64,000 nt of DNA, from positions 18,021 to 82,020 of the forward strand of contig SVQK01000009.1 in the NCBI GenBank assembly GCA_015065385.1. Direction: 5' to 3'. The notes under the pieces are model-generated. The model was not told where the DNA came from. It saw nothing but the letters and a program-made list of their open reading frames with translations, and did no database searches. The position numbers and the translations under genes were made by a program. This DNA is from Oscillospiraceae bacterium. Its GTDB lineage: Bacteria > Bacillota > Clostridia > Oscillospirales > CAG-272. Of this stretch, positions 28,115 through 37,084 are shown piece after piece (position 1 is the stretch's first letter; every line of letters starts with the position of its first letter).

Positions 28115-28143
28115 TTGATTTAGGATCCGGTTTTTGGTATAAT
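28115..28143 (+). promoter_or_regulatory. sigma-A promoter of ptsH
   Basis: TTGATT (28115-28120), 17 nt, TG-extended TATAAT (28138-28143). Confidence 0.6.
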
Positions 28144-28198
28144 ATATTTAATTCAAACAGCTCTGCTGCCCTATCACCTTATTCGAGGAGCGTAAGAA

Positions 28199-28462
28199 AT
28201 GATTTCGTGCGACGTAACCATAAAGAACAATGTGGGTCTCCATGCCAGACCGGCGACGTTCTTCATCCAGAAGGCCAACTCCTACAAGAGCTCGATCTGG
28301 GTTGAGAAGGATGACCGCAGAGTCAACGCCAAGAGTCTGCTCGGCGTTCTGTCCCTCGGCATTGTCAAGGGAATGACGATCACCCTGATCGCGGACGGCA
28401 CCGACGAGGAAGAAGCCCTCGAAGGCCTGTCCACTCTGATCGACAGCGGATTCGCGGAATAA
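28199..28462 (+). CDS. ptsH: Phosphocarrier protein HPr
   Basis: 87 aa. His15 motif GLHARPA and the Ser46 region NAKSLLGVLSLG are both present. Confidence 0.93.
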   Translation: MISCDVTIKNNVGLHARPATFFIQKANSYKSSIWVEKDDRRVNAKSLLGVLSLGIVKGMTITLIADGTDEEEALEGLSTLIDSGFAE

Positions 28463-28630
28463 GGACGGATCCTCCGCGCCAAGCTCCCGCCCGTCAGCGG
28501 GTCAGGGGTGAATTATGCGGTTTCGGAGGACGGACAGCCGGTTTGAGGCCGGGCGAATATTCAGGAAGAAAACGGGCGATGGTGAAGAAAAGCATCATCG
28601 CCCATTTGCTGTCAGAGAGGCGGGAGGTTC

Positions 28631-30529
28631 ATGAACGATCTTTCACCCAACATCGGGCATCTGCGGGAGAAATCGGCCGCTCTGCCCCGTCAGCCGGGCG
28701 TCTATATCATGAAGAACGCGGCGGGGAAAGTGATCTACGTCGGAAAATCCCGCTCGCTCAGGGATCGGGTTTCCCAGTATTTCCACGGCGCGCACGACCC
28801 GAAGACCACCCGGATGGCGGCATCGGTCTATGATTTCCGCTTCATCACCTGCGACACGGAGATGGAAGCCCTCGCGCTTGAAAACTCCCTCATCAAGCAG
28901 TACACGCCGAAATACAACATCAAGCTCAAGGACGCGAAATCCTATCCCTACATCCGGATCGGATCGGGGGAGGACGGCGCAGAGTGGCCGCGGATCACCA
29001 TGAGCCGGAAACGGACGCCAGACGGGAGTCTTTACTTCGGCCCGTATTCCTCCACCGCGACGGTGTTTTCGGTGATCGGCCAGCTGGAGCGGACGCTGAA
29101 GCTCCCCTCCTGCAAGCGGAAATTCCCGGCGGATATCGGGCGGGAAAGGCCCTGCGTCTACTATCAGATGGGCCGCTGCATGGGCATCTGCACCGGGGAG
29201 GTCAGCCGGGAAGAGTATGATTCTGCGCTGGATCAGGCCGCGGGGATCCTCCGGGGCGGCACGAGGGACGTCATCGCCGGTCTGACCGCGAAGATGCTCC
29301 GCGCGTCGGATGCCTTGGAGTTCGAGCAGGCGGCGCGGTGCAGGGACGCCATCGCGGGACTCAGGAAGCTGGGCGAGCGTCAGAAGGCCGTGGGCTCTCC
29401 GGATGTGGAGTGCGACGTGATCGGCCTTCACCTCACCGACGTGGACGAGCTGAAATTCCGGGACTGCGCGGCGGTATTCTATATCCGGAGCGGCTATATC
29501 GCGGACAGCGAGCACTTCCTCTTCGGCGGGGACGAAATCACGTCGGAGGAGGAGAACGAGAATGGAGACTCCCCGTTTTCGGTGTTTCTCATGTCGCTCT
29601 ACCAGTCCCGGGAGTTCATCCCCGGCGAGATCCTTCTGTCCTTCGAGATCCCGGATCACGACCGGGCGGTGCTGTCCGAGTATTTCACGGAGCGGTCCGG
29701 CCACAGGGTCGAAGTCCGGACGCCGAAGAGAGGCGCGTCGAAATACCTCTGCGACATGGCGGTGCAGGACGCGGCGAGACATTCCGAAAACCGCGCCAAG
29801 CAGGACCGGGACGGCGAGCGGACGCTGGCGTCGCTTGCGCAGCTCTTGAAGCTCGAAGTCCTGCCGGAGCGCATCGAGGCCTACGATATCTCCAACCTCG
29901 GCGACGAGCACATCACCTGCGGCATGGTGGTCTGCGCGGAGGGACGGATGAAGAAGAGCGAATACAGGACCTTCAACATCAAATCCTCATCCGGGCAGGA
30001 CGACTACGCCTCCATGACCGAAGCGATTTCGAGACGGCTTGCGCATATGGGACAGGACGGGGACGGCATGGGCGCGGTTCCGGATCTGATCCTTCTCGAC
30101 GGCGGGCGCGGACACGTCTCCGTAGTGAAGGAGATGATGGCGCGGGAGGGATATGAGATCCCTGTCTTCGGCATGGTCAAGGACGAACACCACAAGACCC
30201 GGACGCTCTGCGACGAGGACGGCGAGATCAACATCGCTCGGCAGGCAGACGTGTTCCGGCTGATTTACGGCATTCAGGAGGAAGTCCACCGGTATTCCGT
30301 CTCCCGCATGACCGGCGCGAAGCGGAAGACGCTCAAGACCTCCTCCCTCGAATCGATCCGCGGGATCGGACCGGCGAAGGCGAAGGCCCTTCTGAAAGCC
30401 CTCGGAACGATCGGCGCGGTCAGAGAGGCCGACCGGGATACGCTCGCGGAGGTCCCCGGACTCTCCCGATCCGACGCCGACGCGGTGTATCTGTATTATC
30501 ACAAACCGGAAGAGAAGCCGTCAACCTGA
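28631..30529 (+). CDS. uvrC: Excinuclease ABC subunit C
   Basis: 632 aa. GIY-YIG domain (GVYIMKN...VIYVGKS...YF), UVR domain, RNase H-like endonuclease domain and C-terminal (HhH)2. Confidence 0.95.
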   Translation: MNDLSPNIGHLREKSAALPRQPGVYIMKNAAGKVIYVGKSRSLRDRVSQYFHGAHDPKTTRMAASVYDFRFITCDTEMEALALENSLIKQYTPKYNIKLKDAKSYPYIRIGSGEDGAEWPRITMSRKRTPDGSLYFGPYSSTATVFSVIGQLERTLKLPSCKRKFPADIGRERPCVYYQMGRCMGICTGEVSREEYDSALDQAAGILRGGTRDVIAGLTAKMLRASDALEFEQAARCRDAIAGLRKLGERQKAVGSPDVECDVIGLHLTDVDELKFRDCAAVFYIRSGYIADSEHFLFGGDEITSEEENENGDSPFSVFLMSLYQSREFIPGEILLSFEIPDHDRAVLSEYFTERSGHRVEVRTPKRGASKYLCDMAVQDAARHSENRAKQDRDGERTLASLAQLLKLEVLPERIEAYDISNLGDEHITCGMVVCAEGRMKKSEYRTFNIKSSSGQDDYASMTEAISRRLAHMGQDGDGMGAVPDLILLDGGRGHVSVVKEMMAREGYEIPVFGMVKDEHHKTRTLCDEDGEINIARQADVFRLIYGIQEEVHRYSVSRMTGAKRKTLKTSSLESIRGIGPAKAKALLKALGTIGAVREADRDTLAEVPGLSRSDADAVYLYYHKPEEKPST

Positions 30530-30573
30530 GCGGGGATCCGCCGCGGAGGGTTCGGACAGGAAAGGAATGGAAG

Positions 30574-31254
30574 ATGAGAATCATTACAGGAAGCGCGCGG
30601 GGGACGAGACTGGTCACCGCGGAGGGAGAAAACACCCGTCCCACCTCGGACAAGGTCAAGGAGGCCGTGTTTTCCATGATCCAGTTCGACATCGAGGGAC
30701 GGCGCGTGCTCGATCTGTTCGCCGGGAGCGGGCAGATGGCGTTTGAGGCACTGTCGCGCGGCGCGGAGAGGGCTGTTCTGGTGGATTCGTCCAAAGAGGC
30801 GGTCGCCTGCATCGAGGAAAACGCGAAGAAGACCCACCTCGGCGGACGCTGCCGGATCGTCGGGAACACTTACACCTCCTATCTGCGCAGCGCGGCGGGA
30901 CGGGAGAGCTTCGATCTGATCTTTCTCGATCCGCCCTATAACAGCGGAATGCTCCCGAAGGCTTTGAAAACCATCGCGGCCGAGGGATTCGCCGCGCCGG
31001 GATCCACGCTGGTCTGCGAGACGGACTGCGACATTCCTCCGAAGGCGACCCGGATCCGCAAGGACGAGGAGGTCGCGGCGGAGGCGATCCTGCGGGATGT
31101 GTTCGGCGGGGACAAAGAGCTTGCCGCGCGGTATGCCGTTCTGAAATCCCCCCTCTACGGACGGACGCGGATCACCCTTCTGACGCCCCGGACGGACAGC
31201 GCGGAGAGCGGAGAAACGGACGAGGCTGAGACGCAGGCGGAGGACGGGGAATGA
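30574..31254 (+). CDS. rsmD: 16S rRNA (guanine966-N2)-methyltransferase RsmD with acidic C-terminal tail
   Basis: 226 aa. Motifs RPTSDKVKEAVFSM, LDLFAGSGQMAFEALSRGA and IFLDPPY. Confidence 0.88.
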   Translation: MRIITGSARGTRLVTAEGENTRPTSDKVKEAVFSMIQFDIEGRRVLDLFAGSGQMAFEALSRGAERAVLVDSSKEAVACIEENAKKTHLGGRCRIVGNTYTSYLRSAAGRESFDLIFLDPPYNSGMLPKALKTIAAEGFAAPGSTLVCETDCDIPPKATRIRKDEEVAAEAILRDVFGGDKELAARYAVLKSPLYGRTRITLLTPRTDSAESGETDEAETQAEDGE

Positions 31255-31745
31255 AACACGCGATCCTGACGGGCAGCTTTGATCCCGTCACATCCGGGCA
31301 CGAGAACCTGATCCGCCGGGCGGCGCAGATGTTCGACCGGGTGACCGTGGTGATCCTCGCCAATACGGAGAAGGCCTCCGGTATGTTCCCGCCCGTTGAC
31401 CGGCTCCGATTCTGTGAAGAAGTCTGCCGGACGATCCCGGGGGCGGACGCGCTTCTCTGGGGCGGGCTGACCTCGGACGCGGCGAAGGAGCTCGGAGCGA
31501 GGTTCATCGTCCGCGGCGCGCGCTCCGGCGGGGACTTCGACTACGAATACAATCTGGCGTTCATCATGAAGCGGTTCGATCCCGCGCTCGAGACGGTGAT
31601 CCTTCCCGCGATGCCGGAGTTGGCCGCGATCTCCTCGACCTATGTGCGGGATCTTCTGAAATACGGCGCGCCGCTCGGTGACGCGGTCCCCGAAGCCTGC
31701 CGCGAGGATATCGCCGCAACCTGCGCCCGGATGAACGGACAGTAA
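31251..31745 (+). CDS. coaD: Phosphopantetheine adenylyltransferase
   Basis: 164 aa. GSFDPVTSGHENLI (the T/HxGH nucleotidyltransferase motif). ATGA overlap with rsmD. Confidence 0.95.
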   Translation: MKHAILTGSFDPVTSGHENLIRRAAQMFDRVTVVILANTEKASGMFPPVDRLRFCEEVCRTIPGADALLWGGLTSDAAKELGARFIVRGARSGGDFDYEYNLAFIMKRFDPALETVILPAMPELAAISSTYVRDLLKYGAPLGDAVPEACREDIAATCARMNGQ

Positions 31746-31828
31746 AAAATACCGCGCGCCTCCCCTCCCGCGCCGGTTTGCGGACCGGACGAAGGGAAGA
31801 GAAGCGCGCGGCGGTCAGATCAGATCAC

Positions 31829-31960
31829 TTATCTGCACCCGCATCCGCCGATGGATCCGCATCCGCTGCCGGTGGTTCCGCATCCGCAGCCGTGGAAGAA
31901 GATGACGAGGGCGAGGATCAGGACGATCCAGGTGACGCAGTTGTTCCCGTTGTCAAACAT
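31829..31960 (-). CDS. Unannotated 43-aa Cys/Gly-rich small membrane peptide
   Basis: Below the ORF-track size cutoff. Manual translation: MFDNGNNCVTWIVLILALVIFFHGCGCGTTGSGCGSIGGCGCR. RBS GGAGGAGCGCGAA-ATG. One TM helix, then a tail with 6 Cys in 19 residues. A GC-rich hairpin (CCGCGCGC/GCGCGCGG) plus U-run lies downstream, at about 31746-31825 on the minus strand. Confidence 0.6.
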   Translation of the reverse strand: MFDNGNNCVTWIVLILALVIFFHGCGCGTTGSGCGSIGGCGCR

Positions 31961-32114
31961 TTCGCGCTCCTCCTTTCCGAGGGATCACTCCATCCTATGC
32001 AAAGCCGCCCGAAAGGTGCGGAACAGCATTTGCGGGCCAAAAGGCGGGACGCGCATATTTTCCTCCCGATCCGGGAAAACTGACCGTAACCCGGAGAAAT
32101 CAAGGAGGAAAAAC

Positions 32115-32339
32115 ATGAATACGGATTTTACCAAACCCGCCCCCGGACGGGAAACGGAGGCCCCGATGCCCCCGGCCCTCAGCCTCGCGCTGGCGGAGGA
32201 GGACGCGACCTTCGACCGGTTTTCCCGTCTGTCCGAGCAGGAGAAACGGGAATTCATCGGAGGCGCGCGCGGCCTCACCACCGGCTACGAAATGCGCCAG
32301 TATGTGCGGGCGTTCGTGCGGGGGGAACAGATCCTCTGA
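32115..32339 (+). CDS. Small hypothetical protein (74 aa)
   Basis: Strong RBS AAGGAGGAAAAAC-ATG at 32115; the upstream part of track ORF 31851-32339 has no RBS. Sequence MNTDFTKPAPGRETE...LSEQEKREFIGGARGLTTGYEMRQYVRAFVRGEQIL. No family recognised. Confidence 0.5.
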   Translation: MNTDFTKPAPGRETEAPMPPALSLALAEEDATFDRFSRLSEQEKREFIGGARGLTTGYEMRQYVRAFVRGEQIL

Positions 32340-32392
32340 CACAGGCCCCCCGCCCCTGAAACGCCGCCGCGGAAACGAAAACGGAGGTTCCC

Positions 32393-32896
32393 ATGGCCAT
32401 TGAAACCGAACGCAAATTCCTGATCCGCCTGCCCGACCTCGATTTTGTGCGCTCCCAGCCCGGATGCCGCGTCCGGCAGATCCGGCAGACCTATCTGAAA
32501 AAGCTGCCCGGCAAGAAGGTGGAACGCCGCCTGCGACGGGTCGAAGAGGACGGGCGGGTGAAGTGGATCTTCACGCGGAAGGTCAAGCTCTCGAATCTCA
32601 GCCGTCAGGAGGACGAATGGGAGCTGACCGAGCGGGAATACGGGGAGTGGTACGGGGAGGCCGACACCGAGCTGACGAAGACCCGGTACAGCTTTCCCTA
32701 CGAAGGCCACGTCATGGAGATCGACGTCTATCCCTTCGAGATCGGAGGCCCCGAACTCGAAGGCCGCGCGGTGCTGGAGGTCGAACTCGGCGGCGAGGAC
32801 GAACCGTTCGAAGTCCCGGAGTTTCTCGAAATAGAGCGCGAGCTGACCGGAACGCGGGAGTTTTCCAACAAAACGATGGCGCGGAAGGTGCGGTAA
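32393..32896 (+). CDS. CYTH-domain protein (triphosphate tunnel metalloenzyme family)
   Basis: 167 aa. N-terminal IETERKFL (ExExK signature). Alternating charged beta-strands, EIDVYPFE and LEVEL motifs. Confidence 0.85.
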   Translation: MAIETERKFLIRLPDLDFVRSQPGCRVRQIRQTYLKKLPGKKVERRLRRVEEDGRVKWIFTRKVKLSNLSRQEDEWELTEREYGEWYGEADTELTKTRYSFPYEGHVMEIDVYPFEIGGPELEGRAVLEVELGGEDEPFEVPEFLEIERELTGTREFSNKTMARKVR

Positions 32897-32948
32897 AGGC
32901 AGACTCCCCTTCTTTTCGTGAAAAACAGCGAATCCTTTTTGAAAAATG

Positions 32949-32972
32949 CCGACGGGAATCGTCGGTTTTTTT
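32949..32972 (+). terminator. Rho-independent terminator of the CYTH gene
   Basis: CCGACG (32949-32954) / CGUCGG (32960-32965), followed by U7 (32966-32972). Confidence 0.7.
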
Positions 32973-32973
32973 C

Positions 32974-33002
32974 TTGACTTTCCGGCGTTCCCGTGCTATA
33001 CT
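32974..33002 (+). promoter_or_regulatory. sigma-A promoter of the zur-znu operon
   Basis: TTGACT (32974-32979), 17 nt, TATACT (32997-33002). Confidence 0.65.
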
Positions 33003-33017
33003 ATGAAAAACTGAAAT

Positions 33018-33032
33018 TGAAATTCATTTTCA
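33018..33032 (+). promoter_or_regulatory. Candidate Zur/Fur-type operator (7-1-7 inverted repeat)
   Basis: TGAAATT-C-ATTTTCA, 6 of 7 symmetric, AT-rich. Sits immediately downstream of the -10 box over the expected transcription start. Architecture is like the Fur-family box TGATAAT-n-ATTATCA. Confidence 0.5.
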
Positions 33033-33047
33033 AATCCGGAGTCAGTC

Positions 33048-33494
33048 ATGCAGTATAAGACCAAACAGCGGGACGCGGTGCTGCGGTTCTTCATGGACCA
33101 CGCGGATTCCTGCTTCACCGTCCGGGACGTGTACGGACAGGTGGACGCGGGAGAAGCTACGGTGTTCCGCGCCATCACGTCCCTGACCGAGGCGGGGCTT
33201 TTGCGGAAGTTCACCGTCGGGAGCGGCCGGGGGGAGTGCGCGTGCTATCAGTATGACAGCTGCAGCGGGAAGAGCGAGCACATCCATTTGAAATGCGAGG
33301 GATGTGGGCAGCTGATCCACATGGACTGCGCGTTCATGGAGACGATCCTCGCCCATTTCCTCGACGAGCACAGGTTTTCCGTGGACTGCGGCCGGACTGT
33401 GATTTACGGCCTGTGCGCGGAATGCCGGGAAAACAAAGACCGGGCCGCTCGCGCGGATCGGAAAGAGGAGAAAACGGAGGGGATGGGATCATGA
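33048..33494 (+). CDS. zur: Fur-family metalloregulator, Zur-like
   Basis: 148 aa. Winged helix then HIHLKCEGCGQLIHM ... GLCAECRE (two CxxC pairs, the structural Zn site). First gene of a zinc-uptake ABC operon. Confidence 0.85.
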   Translation: MQYKTKQRDAVLRFFMDHADSCFTVRDVYGQVDAGEATVFRAITSLTEAGLLRKFTVGSGRGECACYQYDSCSGKSEHIHLKCEGCGQLIHMDCAFMETILAHFLDEHRFSVDCGRTVIYGLCAECRENKDRAARADRKEEKTEGMGS

Positions 33495-34480
33495 GAAAGC
33501 GCAGAACACGGAACCTGAGACTGTCCGCGCTGGCCGCGGTTCTGATCCTGCTCGGCGGACTGCTCGCGTCTTGCGGGAACGGCGGGAAAAACGTCGGATA
33601 TCGACCGACCGTCGTCGCTACGAATTTCGCCGTGTACGACATTGTACGCTCCGTTGCGGGGGATACGGCGGATGTTGAAATGCTCCTGCCCCCCGAGACG
33701 GAGTCCCACGACTATGAAATCACCCTCGCCGACGCCGCGAAGATCGCGCGGGCGGATCTGTTCGTCTGCGTGGGCGGCGAGAGCGAGGACTGGGTGGACG
33801 ACACGCTCGGGGCCATGCCGGAGAAGGACCGTCCGACCGTTCTGCGCGCCGTCGAAATCGCGTCAACCGTGACCGAGAGCGACGACGGGATCCTCGAGTC
33901 GGAGACTGCGGCGCACGGCATTCACGCCCCCGGTGAAGAGGAGGAAAGCGAAGAGGCCGACGAGCACGTCTGGACCTCCTTCGGGAACATCCGTCTGATC
34001 GCTCGGGCTGCGGCGGACGCGCTCAACCGGATCGACGAATGGGGCGCTTCCGAACGCGCGGACAACATGATCCGGTATTCTTCCCAGCTGAACGATCTGG
34101 AACGGGAGTACGCCGACCTCTTTGCATCGACGGACAAGAGGCTCATCGCGGTCGCGGACCGGTTTCCCTTCCGCTATCTGGCGGAGGAGTGGGGTCTCGA
34201 GGTCGTCGCGGCGTTCAGCGGATGCACGTCCAACGTGGAGGCGTCCCTTGCCACGATCAGCGCGCTGGTGGACACCGTGGAGAAAAACAGCCTGCCCTGC
34301 GTGATGAAGATCGAGCTGTCCGACGGGCGGTGCGCCGAGGCTGTGGCGAGGGAAACGGGATGCGAAGTGCTCGAGCTGCAATCCGGACACAATGTGACAC
34401 GGGCGGAGTTTGACGCGGGCGTGACGCTGATCGGCCTCATGCGACGGAATCTCGAAGTTTTGCGGACGGCACTCCAGTGA
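33491..34480 (+). CDS. znuA: Zinc ABC transporter substrate-binding lipoprotein (ZnuA/TroA family)
   Basis: Start re-set to ATG 33491 (MRKRRTRNLRL...LLASCGN lipobox), overlapping the zur stop. 329 aa. His/acidic loop AAHGIHAPGEEEESEEADEHVW is typical of ZnuA. Confidence 0.88.
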   Translation: MRKRRTRNLRLSALAAVLILLGGLLASCGNGGKNVGYRPTVVATNFAVYDIVRSVAGDTADVEMLLPPETESHDYEITLADAAKIARADLFVCVGGESEDWVDDTLGAMPEKDRPTVLRAVEIASTVTESDDGILESETAAHGIHAPGEEEESEEADEHVWTSFGNIRLIARAAADALNRIDEWGASERADNMIRYSSQLNDLEREYADLFASTDKRLIAVADRFPFRYLAEEWGLEVVAAFSGCTSNVEASLATISALVDTVEKNSLPCVMKIELSDGRCAEAVARETGCEVLELQSGHNVTRAEFDAGVTLIGLMRRNLEVLRTALQ

Positions 34481-34495
34481 AGCGGAAACGGGGGT

Positions 34496-35323
34496 ATGAG
34501 CTTGAATATCATCGAAGCGCGGGATCTGACGCTGGCCTATGAGGGCGTCACGGCGGCGGAAGGGGTGTCCTTCACCCTCGAGGAGGGGGATTACCTCTGC
34601 GTCGTCGGGGAGAACGGATCCGGCAAAAGCACGCTTCTGAAAGCGGTGACCGGTGAGCTGAAGCCGGCGGGAGGGACCCTGACTCTCGCTCCGGAGCTGA
34701 GGAAACAGGGGATCGGCTATCTGCCCCAGCAGTCGAAGATCCAGCGGGATTTTCCGGCGTCTGCGCGTGAGGTGGTTCTCTCCGGATGCGTGGGACGGGA
34801 AGGACGCGGATTCCTCTGGGGCGGGGAGGCGCGGAAAAAGGCGGCGGACGCCATGGAGCTGCTCGGGATTTCGGATCTGGCGGAGAGGACCTTCGGGGAT
34901 CTCTCGGGCGGACAGAGACAGCGCGCGCTCCTTGCCCGGGCCGTATGCGCCTCCGACCGCCTGCTGCTGCTCGACGAGCCGGTGACGGGACTGGATCCCG
35001 AGGCGGCGCACAGCATGTACGAGGCCATCCGGCGGATCAACCGGGAGAGAGGGTGCGCGGTCATGATGGTCACGCACGACGTCGGATGCGCCCTGAGAGA
35101 GGCCCGGAATGTGCTGTCCATGTGCCGCGGGCACTCCTTCTTCGGGACGGTGGCGGCCTACGAGCGGCATGAAAGGCTGGACGAGGCGGCGGATGAGATC
35201 CTGCATCACCACTCCCACGAGGGGCATTCGGCGTTCGCGGCATCCTTCGCGCGGGAGCTGGGACGGGATCATCTGCGGACAAGCGCGTCGGGAGAAGCGG
35301 ACGGGAAAGGAGAGGGAGCATGA
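34496..35323 (+). CDS. znuC: Zinc ABC transporter ATP-binding protein with His-rich C-terminal tail
   Basis: 275 aa. Motifs GENGSGKST, LSGGQRQRALLA and LLLLDEP. Tail EILHHHSHEGHSAF. Confidence 0.9.
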   Translation: MSLNIIEARDLTLAYEGVTAAEGVSFTLEEGDYLCVVGENGSGKSTLLKAVTGELKPAGGTLTLAPELRKQGIGYLPQQSKIQRDFPASAREVVLSGCVGREGRGFLWGGEARKKAADAMELLGISDLAERTFGDLSGGQRQRALLARAVCASDRLLLLDEPVTGLDPEAAHSMYEAIRRINRERGCAVMMVTHDVGCALREARNVLSMCRGHSFFGTVAAYERHERLDEAADEILHHHSHEGHSAFAASFARELGRDHLRTSASGEADGKGEGA

Positions 35324-36213
35324 GCGTGTCTGAGATTTTCGCGTCGGCGTTCCTTTTGCGGATCATTCTGCGCGGGCTGGTCGTGGGGGTTCTCGTGTCC
35401 CTCTGCTCCGCGGTGCTCGGCGTGAGTCTGGTGCTGAAACGGTATTCCATGATCGGGGACGGGCTGTCCCATGTGGGCTTTTTCGGACTTGCTCTCGCCT
35501 CCTGCGCCGGGGTGGGATCCCTCTATTCCATGGAGATCTCCATTCCGGTGGTGATCCTCTCGGCGGTTCTGATCCTGCGGCTGTCCCGCAATGACGGAAG
35601 GCTCAACGGGGACGCTGCCTGCGCGGTGGTGTCCACGGGGGCGGTGGCCGTTGGAACGCTTCTCTACAATCTGACGGGCGGGCGGTCCGGGGATATCTGC
35701 TCGTCCCTGTTCGGTTCCTCTTCGATCTTCACGATTTCGGAAAAGGACATGATCCTCTCCCTGCTCCTGTCGGCGGCGGTGCTGGTCTGGTTCGCGCTGA
35801 GCTTCAAGGTCATTTTCGCCGTGACCTTCGATGAGACCTTCGCGCGGGCGGCGGGCGTGAAGACGGGCTTCTTCGGCCTGACGCTCTCCGTCCTGACGGG
35901 GCTGACGATCGTGGTGGGCATGAAGATGATGGGCTCCATCATGATCTCCGCGCTTCTGATTTTCCCGCCGCTCACCGCCATGCGCCTGACCGGGAATTTC
36001 CGACGCACGGTGATCCTCTCCGCGGCGATTTCCTGCCTGTCGTTCGTCGCCGGGTATCTTCTGGCCTGCTGGTGTTCTCTCAGCGAAACGCTCCTGCCCG
36101 TCCAGACAGGAGCCGCGGTCGTCACCGTCGATCTGATCGCCTTCTGCGCCGTCTACGGTATTATGGGACTGATCGGACGGATGAAGCAGAAAAAAGCCGG
36201 AGCCGCCGTCTGA
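35320..36213 (+). CDS. znuB: Zinc ABC transporter permease (ABC-3 family)
   Basis: 297 aa, multi-TM. ATGA overlap with znuC. Typical FLLRxxLxG N-terminus. Confidence 0.9.
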   Translation: MSVSEIFASAFLLRIILRGLVVGVLVSLCSAVLGVSLVLKRYSMIGDGLSHVGFFGLALASCAGVGSLYSMEISIPVVILSAVLILRLSRNDGRLNGDAACAVVSTGAVAVGTLLYNLTGGRSGDICSSLFGSSSIFTISEKDMILSLLLSAAVLVWFALSFKVIFAVTFDETFARAAGVKTGFFGLTLSVLTGLTIVVGMKMMGSIMISALLIFPPLTAMRLTGNFRRTVILSAAISCLSFVAGYLLACWCSLSETLLPVQTGAAVVTVDLIAFCAVYGIMGLIGRMKQKKAGAAV

Positions 36214-36235
36214 ACGGATTCTCCGGAAAACAAGG

Positions 36236-36287
36236 TCTGCCGGGGTTCTCTCTTCTTCTCGTAGGGAGACCGTCCGGCAGATTTTTT
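36236..36287 (+). terminator. Rho-independent terminator of the znu operon
   Basis: UCUGCCGG (36236-36243) / CCGGCAGA (36274-36281), then U6. The U-run overlaps the stop codon of the convergent gene. Confidence 0.7.
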
Positions 36288-37008
36288 ATGGTCGGCTTTC
36301 CGACTGCCCTTTCCGGGACATCCGCGCGGCTTTGATCAGCAGAAAGACGCCCGCGCCGAGGGTGACGAGGAAGACCGCCATGCCGAGGGACGCGGTCATG
36401 ACGACGAAAAACTCGGACTCCAGCCCGCCGCCGTCGATGCTTGCGATCATGGTGCGCTCCAGCGTGAACATCGCCATCGAGGCGTCGGAAAGAGCCACGC
36501 AGCGGAGCGTGCTTTCTTTCGGTGAGCGTCCGGCCCGTTTCCGCGCCAGACTGACGATCGCGGCGGTCATCTTGAAAAAGGTGAAGGCGGCGGTGCCGAT
36601 GACCGGAATCAGGCCTTTGACGTCCGCGATCCGCTCCCTGATGCTGAGCACGGAAGTACCGGCGACCACGACGCTGAGGCAGACCAGAACGATCCCCGCC
36701 GCGGTCATGAGCTTCTTTCCGCCTTCTCCGGTCCCGATCCGGGAGACGGCGCGTGTCAGGACGGAGGCGTTTTCGCGGGCGGGATCGTCGGATTTGTCCG
36801 GGGATCCCGAAAGGGCGGCGGCGGTCCGGATCCCTCCGAGCAGGCCGTGATACACCCCCGCCGTCAGATACCACCACGACCCGTACCACAAGGCAAGGAT
36901 CAGGTTCCAGACGGCAAAGGCGAGATTCCGCGCGGTTTTATAAACAAGGCCCAGAATGCCCGGCAGTCCGGGATGGGAGGCGAGAAAGGCGCGGATTCGT
37001 CCGATCAT
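36286..37008 (-). CDS. Hypothetical multi-pass membrane protein
   Basis: 240 aa, about 6 hydrophobic segments, GC3-rich frame, RBS GGAGGATGAT-ATG. No family recognised. Confidence 0.6.
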   Translation of the reverse strand: MIGRIRAFLASHPGLPGILGLVYKTARNLAFAVWNLILALWYGSWWYLTAGVYHGLLGGIRTAAALSGSPDKSDDPARENASVLTRAVSRIGTGEGGKKLMTAAGIVLVCLSVVVAGTSVLSIRERIADVKGLIPVIGTAAFTFFKMTAAIVSLARKRAGRSPKESTLRCVALSDASMAMFTLERTMIASIDGGGLESEFFVVMTASLGMAVFLVTLGAGVFLLIKAARMSRKGQSESRP

Positions 37009-37084
37009 ATCATCCTCCGTTCAGAACAAAAGAGGAACCGGCGGGATTCCCGAAAGAGGCCCGCCGGTCCGCGGTGGATCCGGA

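Noticed and set aside
31778-32083. A plus-strand 101-aa ORF (and 31851-32339 upstream portion) overlapping the small Cys-rich peptide gene.
   Set aside because: It has no RBS and translates to Ala/Ser/Asp low-complexity sequence. It is the mirror image of the GC-rich (GCGGATGCGGA-type) repeats that encode the Cys-Gly tail on the other strand. The minus-strand peptide has the RBS and terminator.
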